Shown here piece by piece: positions 39,101 through 51,394 of a stretch of 64,000 nucleotides of DNA. Below the pieces are notes generated by a model. It saw nothing but the letters and a program-made list of their open reading frames with translations. It had not been told where the DNA came from and searched no databases. The position numbers were made by a program, and so were the translations under genes. Every line of letters begins with the position of its first letter. The first letter of the stretch is position 1. The stretch covers positions 124,001-188,000 of the forward strand of contig NC_088803.1 in the NCBI RefSeq assembly GCF_011386835.1, given 5' to 3'. The stretch comes from Chrysemys picta bellii (lineage: Eukaryota).

Positions 39101-42100
39101 TGACAGATGTGGGGTGAAGGGGACAGATGAGGGGTTCAGGGGAGGGGGCAGAGGAGGGGTGCAGGGGAGAGATGAGGGGGTTCAGGGGACAGATGCAGGT
39201 TGAAGGGGAGAGATGCGGGGTGTAGGGGAGAGATGTGGGGTGCAGGGGATACCTACCTAGATGGGGTGCCGGAGGACCCATGTGGGGGTTCAGGGAACAG
39301 ATGCGGGATGCAGGGGACAGATGAGGGGTGCAAGTGGTACATAGGCAGATGGGGTGCTGAGGACCCATGAGGGGGTACAGTGGAGAGATGTGGGGTGAAG
39401 GGGAGAGATGTAGGGTGCAGGGGATACCTAGCTAGATGGGGTGCAGGAGGACCAATGAGGGGGTTCAGGGGCGTGATGCGTGAAGCAGGAGAGAGATGAG
39501 GTGTGCAAGGCAGAGATGAGGGGTGCAGGGGACATAGGCGGGGTTCAGGGGAGAGATGAGGAGTGCAGGGGATACATAGCTAGATGGGTGCTGAAGGACC
39601 CATGAGGGGGTGTCAGGGGATAGATGAGTGGTGCAGGGGAGAGAGGAGGGGTTCAGAGGAGAGATGAGGGGTGCAGGGGATACGTAGCTAGATGGGTGCC
39701 GGAGTACCCATGAGGGGTTCAGGGGAGAGATTTGGGGTGCAGGGGACAGATGAGGGGTGCAAGTGGTACATAGGCAGATGGGGTGCTGAGGACCCATGAG
39801 GGGGTACAGTGGAGAGATGTGGGGTGAAGGGGAGAGATGTAGGGTACAGGGGATACCTAGCTAGATGGGGTGCAGGAGGACCAATGAGGGGCTTCAGGGG
39901 CGTGATGCGTGGAGCAGGAGAGAGATGAGGTGTGCAAGGCAGAGATGAGGGGTGCAGGGGACAGAGGCGGGGTTCAGGGGAGAGATGAGGGGTGCAGGGG
40001 ATACATAGCTAGATGGGTGCTGGAGTACCCATGAGGGGTTCAGGGGAGAGATGCAGGGTGCAGGGGAGAGATGAGTGGTGCAGGGGATACATAGCTAGAT
40101 GGGGTGCCGGAGAACCCATGAGGGGGTTCAGGGGAGTGATTTGGGGTGCAGGGGATACATAGCTAGATGGATGCTGGAGGACCCATGAGGGTATTCAGGG
40201 GACAGATGGAAGGTGCAGGGGAGAGATGAGGGGTGCAGGGGCTACATAGCTAGATGGGGTGCTGGAGGACTGATGAAGGGGTTCAGGGGACAGAGGAGGG
40301 GTACAGGGGAGAGGGGCAGAGTAGAGGTGCAGGGGAGAGATGTGGGGTGCAGGGGATACCTAGCTAGATGGGGTGCCGGAGGACCCATGAGGGTGTTCAG
40401 GGGAGAGATGCGGGGAGCAGGGGACAGAGGAGGGGTGCAGGGGATACATAGCTAAAAGGGTGCAGGAGGACCCATGTGGGGGTGTCGGGAGACAGATGCG
40501 GGGTGCAGGGGGAGATGAGTGGTATAGGGCATACATAGCTAGATGGGGGGGCTGGAGGATCCATGAAGGGGTTCAGGGGACAGATGCGAGGTGCAGGGGA
40601 TACAGAGCAAGATGGGTGCCGGAGGACTGATGAGGGGGTTCAGGGTCAGATGCGGGGTGCAGGGGACAGATGAGGGGTGTAAGGGGTACATAGGCAGATG
40701 GGGTGCTGGAGGACCTAGGAGCGGGTTCAGGGGAGAGATGCGGGGTGAAGGAGACAGAGGAGGGGTGCAAGGGATACCTAGCTAGGTGGGGTGCAGGAGG
40801 ACCAATGAGGGGGTTCAGGGGAGAGAGGCGGGGTGCAGGGGAGAGAGGCGGGGTGCAGGGGTACATAGCTAGATGGGTGCCAGAGGACCTATGAGGGGGT
40901 GTAGTGAGACAGATGTGGGGTGCACGGAGAAATGAGGGGTGCAGGGGATACAGAGCTAGATGTGTTCCAGAGGACCCATGAGGGGGTTGAGAGGACAGAT
41001 GCGGGGTTCAGGGGACAGATGCGGGGTGCAGGGGAGAGATGAGGGGTATTGGTGATACATAGCTAGATGGGGTGCCGGAGGACCCATGAGGGGGTGTCGG
41101 GAGACAGATGCGGGGTGCAGGGGGAGAAGAGGGGTGCAGGGGAGAGTTGTGGGGTGCAAGGCAGAGATGAGGGGTGCAGGGGACAGAGGCGGGGTTCAGG
41201 GGAGAGATGAGGGGTGCAGGGGATACATAGCTAGATGGGTGCTGGAGTACCCATGAGGGGTTCAGGGGAGAGATGCAGGGTGCAGGGGAGAGATGAGTGG
41301 TGCAGGGGATACATAGCTAGATGGGGTGCCGGAGAACCCATGAGGGGGTTCAGGGGAGTGATTTGGGGTGCAGGGGATACATAGCTAGATGGATGCTGGA
41401 GGACCCATGAGGGTATTCAGGGGACAGATGGAAGGTGCAGGGGAGAGATGAGGGGTGCAGGGGCTACATAGCTAGATGGGGTGCTGGAGGACTGATGAAG
41501 GGGTTCAGGGGACAGAGGAGGGGTACAGGGGAGAGGGGCAGAGTAGAGGTGCAGGGGAGAGATGTGGGGTGCAGGGGATACCTAGCTAGATGGGGTGCCG
41601 GAGGACCCATGAGGGTGTTCAGGGGAGAGATGCGGGGAGCAGGGGACAGAGGAGGGGTGCAGGGGATACATAGCTAAAAGGGTGCAGGAGGACCCATGTG
41701 GGGGTGTCGGGAGACAGATGCGGGGTGCAGGGGGAGATGAGTGGTATAGGGCATACATAGCTAGATGGGGGGGCTGGAGGATCCATGAAGGGGTTCAGGG
41801 GACAGATGCGAGGTGCAGGGGATACAGAGCAAGATGGGTGCCGGAGGACTGATGAGGGGGTTCAGGGTCAGATGCGGGGTGCAGGGGACAGATGAGGGGT
41901 GTAAGGGGTACATAGGCAGATGGGGTGCTGGAGGACCTAGGAGCGGGTTCAGGGGAGAGATGCGGGGTGAAGGAGACAGAGGAGGGGTGCAGGGGATACC
42001 TAGCTAGGTGGGGTGCAGGAGGACCAATGAGGGGGTTCAGGGGAGAGAGGCGGGGTGCAGGGGAGAGAGGCGGGGTGCAGGGGTACATAGCTAGATGGGT

Positions 42101-44676
42101 GCCAGAGGACCTATGAGGGGGTGTAGTGAGACAGATGTGGGGTGCACGGAGAAATGAGGGGTGCAGGGGATACAGAGCTAGATGTGTTCCAGAGGACCCA
42201 TGAGGGGGTTGAGAGGACAGATGCGGGGTTCAGGGGACAGATGCGGGGTGCAGGGGAGAGATGAGGGGTATTGGTGATACATAGCTAGATGGGGTGCCGG
42301 AGGACCCATGAGGGGGTGTCGGGAGACAGATGCGGGGTGCAGGGGGAGAAGAGGGGTGCAGGGGAGAGTTGTGGGGTGCAGGGGATACATAGCTACATGG
42401 GTGCTGGAGGACCCATGGGGTTGTGTCGGGAGACAGATGCAGGGTGCAGGGGGAGAAGAGGGGTGCAGGAGAGAGATGTGGGGTGCAGGGGATACCTAGC
42501 TAGATGGAGTGTCGGAGGACTGATGAGGGGGTTCAGGGGACAGATGCGGGGTGCAGGGGAGAGATGTGGGGTGCAGGGGATACCTAGGTAGCTGGGGTGC
42601 CGGAGGACTTATGAGGGTGTTCAGGCGATAGATGCGGGGTGCAGGGAGAGATGAGGGGTGCAGGGGATACAGAGCTAGATGGGTCCAGGAGGACCCATGA
42701 GGGAGTTCAGGGGACAGATGCGAGGGGCTGGGAAGAGATGTTGGGTGCAGTGGATACGTAGCTCGATGGGTGCCGGAGGACCCATGAGGGGGTGTTGGGA
42801 GAGAGATGTGGGGTGCAGGGGATACCTAGCTAGATGGAGTGTCGGAGGACTGATGAGGGGGTTCAGGGGACAGATGCGGGGTGCAGGGGAGAGATGTGGG
42901 GTGCAGGGGATACATAGCTAAATGGGTGCTGGAGGACCCATGAGGGGGTGTCGGGCGACAGATGTGGGGTGCAGGGGGAGATGAGAGGTACAGAGGATAC
43001 ATAGCTAGATGGGGTTCAGGGGATAGATGCGGGGTTCAGGGAGAGAAGAGGGGTGCAAGGGATACAGAGCTAGATGGGGTGCCGGAGGACCCATGCAGGG
43101 GTTCAGGGAAGAGATGCGGAGAGCAGGGGACAGTGGAGGGGTGCAGTGGATACATAGCTAGATGGGTGCCGGAGGACCCATGAGGGGGTGTTGGGAGACA
43201 GATGTGGGATGCAGGGAGAGATGAGGGGTGCAGGTAATACATAGCTAGATGGGTGCTGGAGGACCCATGAGGTTGTGTCAGGGGAGAGATGCGGGGTGCA
43301 GGGGAGAGAGGAGGGGTGCAGGGGATTCATAGCTAGATGGGTGCTGGAGGACTGATGAGTGGGTTCAGCGGACAGATGCGGGGTGCAGGGGAGAGATGAG
43401 GGGTGAAGAGGAAAGATGAGGGGTGAAGGGGACAGGGGACAGAAGTGAGGTGAAGGGGACAGATGAGTGGTGCAGGGGATAGATATCTAGATGTGGTGCC
43501 GGAGGACTGATGAGGGGGTTCAGGGGACAGATGGGGGGTGTAGGGGACAGATGAGGGGTGCAGGGGATATATAGCTAGATGGGTGCCAGAGGACCCATGA
43601 GGGGGTTCAGAGGAGAGATGCATGGTTCATGGGATAGATGTGGGGTGCATGGGAGAGATGAGGGGTGCAGGGGATATATAGCTAGATGGGTGCCAGAGGA
43701 CCCATGAGGGGGTTCAGAGGAGAGATGCGTGGTTCATGGGATAGATGTGGGGTGCATGGGAGAGATGAGGGGTGCAGGGGATATATAGCTAGATGGGTGC
43801 CAGAGGACCCATGAGGGGGTTCAGAGGAGAGATGCGTGGTTCATGGGATAGATGTGGGGTGCATGGGATATATAGCTAGATGGGTGCCAGAGGACCCATG
43901 AGGGAGTTCAGGGGAGAGATGCGGGTGCAGCGGAGAGATGAGGGGTGCAGAGGAGAGATGCGGGGTGCAGGGGATACCTAGCTCGATGGGGTGCTGGAGG
44001 ACTGATGAGTGGGTTCAGCGGACAGATGCGGGGTGCAGGGGAGAGATGAGGGGTGAAGAGGAAAGATGAGGGGTGAAGGGGACAGGGGACAGAAGTGAGG
44101 TGAAGGGGACAGATGAGTGGTGCAGGGGATAGATATCTAGATGTGGTGCCGGAGGACTGATGAGGGGGTTCAGGGGACAGATGCGGGGTGTAGGGGACAG
44201 ATGAGGGGTGCAGGGGATATATAGCTAGATGGGTGCCAGAGGACCCATGAGGGGGTTCAGAGGAGAGATGCGTGGTTCAGGGGACAGATGCGGGGTGCAG
44301 GGGAGAGATGAGGGGTGCAGGGGATACATAGCTAGATGGGTGCCGGAGCACCGATGAGGGGGTTCAGGGGACAGATGCGGGGTGCAGCGGACAGATGAGG
44401 GGTGAAGGGGAGACATAGCGAGATGGGGGGCCGGAGGACCCATGAGGTGGTTCAGGGGACAGGTGATTTGGCCCAGGGGGCACAGCCCGTGGGAGTTGTA
44501 GTCTTTGGCGAGTTTCACGTAGTTTGCGAAGTCCCCTGTCCCGCCTGCCCGGCCACCCCGGGCCCCGGCAGCACCTGCCGCCCCCTGCCCCCCCGGCACC
44601 CACCGTTCTCGGAGGCTGTGGACCCGTCGCAGTCCGAAATGAGCTGCTGGGGTTTGCGCTGCTTGCGGCGAGACAT
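27135..44676 (-). CDS. SALL2: Sal-like protein 2 (spalt zinc-finger transcription factor); exons E1, E2, E3; one apparent frameshift in E2
   Basis: E1 44604-44676 (MSRRKQRKPQQLISDCDGSTASENG, NuRD-binding motif). E2 27665-29914 (HLNIPLILEELRVLQQRQ; C2H2 fingers KCRFC, KCNVC, QCVIC, KCKVC, SCPIC, ACGVC). E3 27135-27515 (SFWNQY motif). Junctions are GT-AG and synteny with METTL3 fits. The frame switches near the G9 run at 29632-29640. Confidence 0.93.
30360..31065. repeat. GGACAGACAGA-type purine-rich minisatellite in SALL2 intron 1
   Basis: Repeated GGACAGACAGACA...GGTGCAGGGG units. Confidence 0.85.
31147..31162 (-). CDS. SALL2: Candidate alternative first coding exon (E1A-like) of SALL2: MAEPA(G)
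   Basis: gccATGG Kozak context; ATG GCG GAG CCC GCA G|GTGCGG donor in phase 1, matching the E2 acceptor; lies in a CpG island (~31070-31500). Confidence 0.6.
32480..44461. repeat. ~12-kb G/A-rich degenerate satellite in SALL2 intron 1 with higher-order duplications
   Basis: Modules GGGGATACATAGCTAGATGGGGTGCCGGAGGACCCATGAGGGGGTTCAGGGGACAGATG... recur throughout. A near-exact 1222-bp tandem duplication spans ~39933-42380. Confidence 0.95.
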
Positions 44677-46804
44677 CCCCACGGGGCGCGGGCCGGCACC
44701 CCTGGGTGCACCGCCGGCTCGGGAGCCAGTGGGCACCGGGACGCTCCCGGGCGGGGTCTCGCCCCCCTCCCCGGAGCATGGACACGCCCCCTCCTTTGCG
44801 CCCCTCACTGGCAAGGCGAAGCCCTAATCCGGCCGGTCACTCGGGTCTCCTTTGTGCTCCTTAACCCCTTCCTGCCTGGCAGGCCCGCGCTGGGATGGGG
44901 TGGTGATTACCCAGGGCCGGCCAGGCCCAGAGCTGCGGCCTTGGGGCTGGTTCTACAGTGAGCCCGGGCCTGGGGCTGAGTTGCAGCTGCCTCTGGGGTG
45001 GGGCAGGGGGACGCTGAACAGCTGCACTCTGGAGGGGTGGCCAGGCAGTGCTGTGTCCCCGCTAAGCCAGGCAGAGCAGGGGTGAGGATGGGAAGTGAAG
45101 GCGCTGCCCGTAGGCAGGTGAACCTGCGGGCAGAACTTGGCAGGACCCGATTTGGGATTGAACCAGGGCACGGGCGTTAATACCCCAATTCGGGTAAACA
45201 CAGCATCCCTTTACTGCTCACCAAATGGGCAGAACTTCCCCAAACATGCCCCCCCCGGGGCACTGGGGCATTGGGGTCAGCACTGACCGCCCCAGAGGGC
45301 GCCCCCTACTGAGCCCCTCAGCCCACGCCCTGCAGCAGAGCCCCCATACCCAGCACATGCCCCCTCCCTCCTCCAGCCCTGTCCTTTCCCCCCGTCTCCG
45401 CTCTCCTCCACCCCCATTACACCCTTCCTTCCTCTTTCTTCCCTTTTCTTTTCACCTCTTCCCCGTGGCCTCCTGACCTCCCCGAGCACCACAAAAGCCC
45501 AGGCCTCGGCAGAGCCGGCGCTGCGGGAATGTTAATGAAGCCGCAGCACAAAGGGGGAAAAGACTTCGAAAAAACCCTCAGAAAGGGCCCCTTTGAGACA
45601 GGCTCGCTGCTGTGTGTGGCTCAGTGGGGAGGGGCTGGGGGGGATGGGGATGGTGGTGGTGGTGGTGGGGGGGGCTCTGAGAACCTCTCAACATGCTGCC
45701 TATAGGAGCCATGCCTGCCCCCTTCCATTCATGCAGCTGAGAGGAGACTCATGCACTGGGGCTGGAGAAAGGGGGAGTGGATGCTTAGGGCATGTGGGGC
45801 TTTGTCCCCTGCAGGGCCCCCTCCCTGTATAAAGGGGGTGCAGGGTGTGTGTGTGGGGGGGGCTGCATTTACCATAGGGCCAGGCTTTCTGTGTAAATGG
45901 GGTGCAGGGTGGGGGGGGGGCTGCATTCACCATTGGCCCTGGCTTTCCGTGTAGATGGGGATGCAGGGGGGCTGTGTTTCCATAGGGCACCACTCCCTGT
46001 GTTAAGGGGGCACTGGGGGGGGAGGGTCTCCCATGGACTTTAATCCTCATCCCTTCCTGCCCAGTCCAGCCTCCCTGACACATGCATGGAAGCTAAGCTC
46101 CTGAAGTCCATAGAGTGATGTTCTCTGCCCCCCACGGGTGTAGCTGGCCCATGTGTTTGTGGGCATGTGTGGGGCGTTTCAGCTCCACCAGGGGCACTGC
46201 TGGGGGTGGGTGGGCACAAGGGCACAGACAGGGACCATGCTCCTCCCCCAACCCCTTTGTAAATAGCCGAGCAAAAGCGGGGCACTGGTTTTCAAAAGTG
46301 GCCCCCAGTTTTTGGTGCCTGGCTTGAGAAGTTTCCTAGGAGCTGAGCGGCCCCTGAGGGGCCCTATTGGGGAGCTGCCAGCTGTGGCCCCCAGTGCCTA
46401 CAAGGGTCTGAAAATACAGGTCCTCACAGCTATGAGCACAGAACGCCCCCAGTCCTGCTGTTGGGCTGAGCCGAGGGGCCCAGAGGCAGCTCTAGCCCTC
46501 TGACCCCATTCATCCCCTTGGATCTGTCCCTGGCCCCCTCCCTGCATCCCTGGGCAGAGTTAACGCCTCCCAGCGCCTCACACCCAGCCCAACGCAGCTC
46601 CCCTTGAATGCACAAAGACAAGGGGCATGTCACGAGGCCAGTGGGCTGGGGGGAAGAGGAGACAGCAGGCTGCACCCCAGCCCATGCTGGGGAGTGGGGG
46701 GTCTCAGGAGGGCATACCCAGCCAATTTGTCTGGCCCCAGGAAACGCCAGGGCCTGAAGAGAAGGGTCAGAAGAGAGAGAGGAACTCAGATACTGAAACT
46801 GATT

Positions 46805-46890
46805 GTGTGTGTGTGTGTAAGTGTGTGTGTAAGTGTGAGAGAGAGAGAGTGTGTGAGTGTGTGAGTGGGGGGGCAGCGAGATAGAGAGAG
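46805..46890. repeat. Compound (TG)n/(GA)n microsatellite
   Basis: Direct reading of the sequence. Confidence 0.85.
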
Positions 46891-46926
46891 AGAATGTGGG
46901 ACAGATCCTGAGATGGCTGATTTGCA

Positions 46927-49900
46927 CCAGCCGGGGGTCTGTCCCCATTGGCTCCAATGGAGCTGCGGCTGACTGACACCAGCCGGGGGTCTGTCCCCAT
47001 TGGCTCCAATGGAGCTGCGGCCGACTGACACCAACCGGGGGTCTGTCCCCATTGGCTCCAATGGAGCTGCGGCCGACTGACACCAGCTGGGGGATCTGTC
47101 CCTATTGGCTCCAATGGAGCTGCGGCCGACTGACACCAGCTGGGGGATCTGTCCCCATTGGCTCCAATGGAGCTGCAGCCGACTGACACCCGCTGGGGGA
47201 TCTGTCCCCATTGGCTCCAATGGAGCTGCGGCTGACTGACACCCGCTGGGGGATCTGTCCCCATTGGCTCCAATGGAGCTGCGGCCGACTGACACCCGCT
47301 GGGGGATCTGTCCCCATTGGCTCCAATGGAGCTGCGGCCGACTGACACCCGCTGGAGGATCTATCCCCATTGGCTCCAATGGAGCTGCGGCCGACTGACA
47401 CCAGCCGGGGGATCTGGCCCCATTGGCTCCAATGGAGCTGCGGCCAACTGACACCAGCCGGGGGTCTGTCCCCATTGGCTCCAATGGAGCTGCGGCCGAC
47501 TGACACCAGCTGGGGGATCTGTCCCCATTGGCTCCAATGGAGCTGTGGCTGACTGACACCAGCCGGGGGTCTGTCCCCATTGGCTCCAATGGAGCTGCGG
47601 CTGACTGACACCCGCTGGGGGATCTGGCCTCATTGGCTCCAATGGAGCTGCGGCCGACTGACACCAGCTGGGGGATCTGGCCCCATTGGCTCCAATGGAG
47701 CTGCGGCCGACTGACACCCGCTGGGGGATCTGGCCCCATTGGCTCCAATGGAGCTGCGGCCGACTGACACCAGACGGGGGATCTGTCCCCATTGGCTCCA
47801 GTGGAGCTGCGGCCGACTGACACCAGCCGGGGGATCTGTCCCCATTGGCTCCAATGGAGCTGCGGCCGACTGACACCCGCTGGGGGATCTGGCCCCATTG
47901 GCTCCAATGGAGCTGCGGCCGACTGACACCAGCTGGGGGATCTGGCCCCATTGGCTCCAATGGAGCTGCGGCCGACTGACACCCGCTGGGGGATCTGGCC
48001 CCATTGGCTCCAATGGAGCTGCGGCCGACTGACACCAGACGGGGGATCTGTCCCCATTGGCTCCAGTGGAGCTGCGGCCGACTGACACCAGCCGGGGGAT
48101 CTGTCCCCATTGGCTCCAATGGAGCTGCGGCCGACTGACACCCGCTGGGGGATCTGGCCCCATTGGCTCCAATGGAGCTGCGGCCGACTGACACCAGCTG
48201 GGGGATCTGGCCCCATTGGCTCCAATGGAGCTGCGGCCGACTGACACCAGCCGGGGGTCTGTCCCCATTGACTCCAATGGAGCTGCGGCCGACTGACACC
48301 CGCTGCGGGATCTGTCCCTATTGGCTCCAATGGAGCTGCGGCTGACTGACACCCGCTGGGGGTCTGTCCCCATTGGCTCCAATGGAGCTGCGGTCGACTG
48401 ACACCAGCCGGGGGTCTGTCCCCATTGACTCCAATGGAGCTGCGGCTGACTGACACCCGCTGGGGGATCTGGCCCCATTGGCTCCAATGGAGCTGCGGCC
48501 GACTGACACCAGCTGGGGGATCTGGCCCCATGGGCTCCAATGGAGCTGCGGCCGACTGACACCCGCTGGGGGATCTGGCCCCATTGGCTCCAATGGAGCT
48601 GCGGCCGACTGACACCAGCTGGGGGATCTGTCCCTATAGGCTCCAATGGAGCTGCGGCCGACTGACACCCGCTGGGGGATCTGGCCCCATTGGCTCCAAT
48701 GGAGCTGCGGCCGACTGACACCAGCTGGGGGATCTGTCCCCATTGGCTCCAATGGAGCTGCAGCCGACTGACACCAGCTGGGGGATCTGTCCCCATTGGC
48801 TCCAATGGAGCTGCGGCCGACTGACACCCGCTGGGGGATCTGGCCCCATTGGCTCCAATGGAGCTGCGGCCGATTGACACCAGCTGGGGGATCTGGCCCC
48901 ATTGGCTCCAATGGAGCTGCGGCCGACTGACACCAGCCGGGGGTCTGTCCCCATTGACTCCAATGGAGCTGCGGCCAACTGACACCCGCTGCGGGATCTG
49001 TCCCTATTGGCTCCAATGGAGCTGCGGCTGACACCCGCTGGGGGATCTGTCCCCATTGACTCCAATGGAGCTGCGGCCGACTGACACCCGCTGCGGGATC
49101 TGTCCCTATTGGCTCCAATGGAGCTGCGTCTGACTGACACCCACTGGGGGTCTGTCCCCATTGGCTCCAATGGAGCTGCGGTCGACTGACACCAGCCGGG
49201 GGTCTGTCCCCATTGACTCCAATGGAGCTGCGGCTGACTGACACCCGCTGGGGGATCTGGCCCCATTGGCTCCAATGGAGCTGCGGCCGACTGACACCCG
49301 CTGGGGGATCTGTCCCCATTGGCTCCAATGGAGCTGCGGCCGACTGACACCAGACGGGGGATCTGTCCCCATTGGCTCCAATGGAGCTGCGGCCGACTGA
49401 CACCAGCTGGGGGATCTGTCCCCATTGGCTCCAATGGAGCTGCGGCCGACTGAAACCCGCTGGGGGATCTGTCCCCATTGGCTCCAATGGAGCTGCGGCC
49501 GACTGACACCCGCTGGGGGATCTGTCCCCATTGGCTCCAATGGAGCTGCGGCCGACTGACACCCGCTGGGGGATCTGTCCCCATTGGCTCCAATGGAGCT
49601 GCGGCCGACTGACACCAGCTGGGGGATCTGTCCCCATTGGCTCCAATGGAGCTGCGGCCGACTGACACCCGCTGGGGGATCTGTCCCCATTGACTCCAAT
49701 GGAGCTGCGGCTGACTGACACCCGCTGGGGGATCTGGCCCCATTGGCTCCAATGGAGCTGCGGCCGACTGACACCAGCTGGGGGATCTGGCCCCATGGGC
49801 TCCAATGGAGCTGCGGCCGACTGACACCCGCTGGGGGATCTGGCCCCATTGGCTCCAGTGGAGCTGCGGCCGACTGACACCAGCCGGGGGATCTGTCCCC

Positions 49901-50909
49901 ATTGGCTCCAATGGAGCTGTGGCTGACTGACACCCGCTGGGGGATCTGTCCCCATTGGCTCCAATGGAGCTGTGGCTGACTGACACCCGCTGGGGGATCT
50001 GTCCCCATTGGCTCCAATGGAGCTGTGGCTGACTGACACCCGCTGGGGGATCTGTCCCCATTGGCTCCAATGGAGCTGCGGCTGACTGACACCCGCTGGG
50101 GGATCTGGCCCCATTGGCTCCAATGGAGCTGCGGCCGACTGACACCCGCTGGGGGATCTGGCCCCATTGGCTCCAATGGAGCTGCGGCTGACTGACACCC
50201 GCTGGGGGATCTGGCCCCATTGGCTCCAATGGAGCTGCGGCCGACTGACACCAGCCGGGGGATCTGTCCCCATTGGCTCCAATGGAGCTGTGGCTGACTG
50301 ACACCCGCTGGGGGATCTGGCCCCATTGGCTCCAATGGAGCTGCGGCTGACTGACACCCGCTGGGGGATCTGTCCCCATTGGCTCCAATGGAGCTGCGGC
50401 CGACTGACACCAGCCGGGGGATCTGTCCCCATTGGCTCCAATGGAGCTGCGGCTGACTGACACCCGCTGGGGGATCTGTCCCCATTGGCTCCAATGGAGC
50501 TGCGGCCGACTGACACCAGCCGGGGGATCTGTCCCCATTGGCTCCAATGGAGCTGCGGCTGACTGACACCCGCTGGGGGATCTGGCCCCATTGGCTCCAA
50601 TGGAGATGCGGCAGACTGACACCCGCTGGAGGATCTGTCCCCATTGGCTCCAATGGAGCTGCGGCCGACTGACACCCGCTGGGGGATCTGTCCCCATTGG
50701 CTCCAATGGAGCTGCGGCCGACTGACACCAGCCGGGGGATCTGTCCCCATTGGCTCCAATGGAGCTGCGGCCGACTGACACCAGCCGGGGGATCTGTCCC
50801 CATTGGCTCCAATGGAGCTGCGGCTGACTGACACCCGCTGGGGGATCTGTCCCCATTGGCTCCAATGGAGCTGCATCTGACTGACACCCGCTGGGGGATC
50901 TGGCCCTAT
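46927..50909. repeat. 52-53-bp tandem array, ~75 highly homogeneous copies, upstream of SALL2 E1
   Basis: Unit CTGTCCCCATTGGCTCCAATGGAGCTGCGGCCGACTGACACCCGCTGGGGGAT; the period was checked at 47151/47204. Confidence 0.97.
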
Positions 50910-51394
50910 CTTTTTGTTTTAAGTCCGCTGCAGCCTGATGAGGAAGCAGCCCCCGGGCTGGGGAAGAGGCCAAACTGCCCTAGAGGAGACACTGAGGTCC
51001 AATGCTCTGTCCTGGCTCCTTCCTGGAGCTTTTTCTGGTGGGACTGGAGAAGTGGGGGGAGGGGACCCACCCGGGCGTGAAAAGGCCAGAACTGCACATT
51101 CAAAGCCTTTTGGCTACAATGGAACAAATTCGCAAGGCAGCTGCTCCTGCGGGGGTGCATGGAACCAGTGCATCTTAGCTAGGCAGATGGATTGCTCTGT
51201 GCACTTAGCCAAGAGCTTCTGGGGGCGTAGGATGGTGGGTCATGTTCCTGATGGGCTGCATCTGGGTGTGTAAACATCAGGCAATCACAGACTCACATCT
51301 GGATGGGTGAGTAGGTGCAACGCAGGCATAAATCCCACCTAGACAGGTGAGTAGGATACACCACCAGCCCACATCTGGATTAGTAAGTAGGATG

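Noticed and set aside
32480-44461. Dozens of Pro/His/Ser- or Gly/Arg-rich ORFs (MYPLHPSS..., GYIARWG...)
   Set aside because: Translations of satellite modules with frequent frame changes; intronic to SALL2.
44820-45570. Isolated SOX (CTTTGT/ACAAAG) and TAATCC homeodomain motifs near SALL2 E1
   Set aside because: Single short motifs are expected by chance; conservation data would be needed.
46927-50909. CRISPR-like appearance (regular palindromic repeats)
   Set aside because: Units are head-to-tail with no unique spacers, there are no cas genes, and the context is a vertebrate genome.
46786-50973. ORFs of 450-850 aa with a 53-aa repeat on the minus strand
   Set aside because: These follow from a 53-nt unit that lacks minus-strand stops; all three frames cycle through the same peptide. 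There is no credible start context or splice structure.
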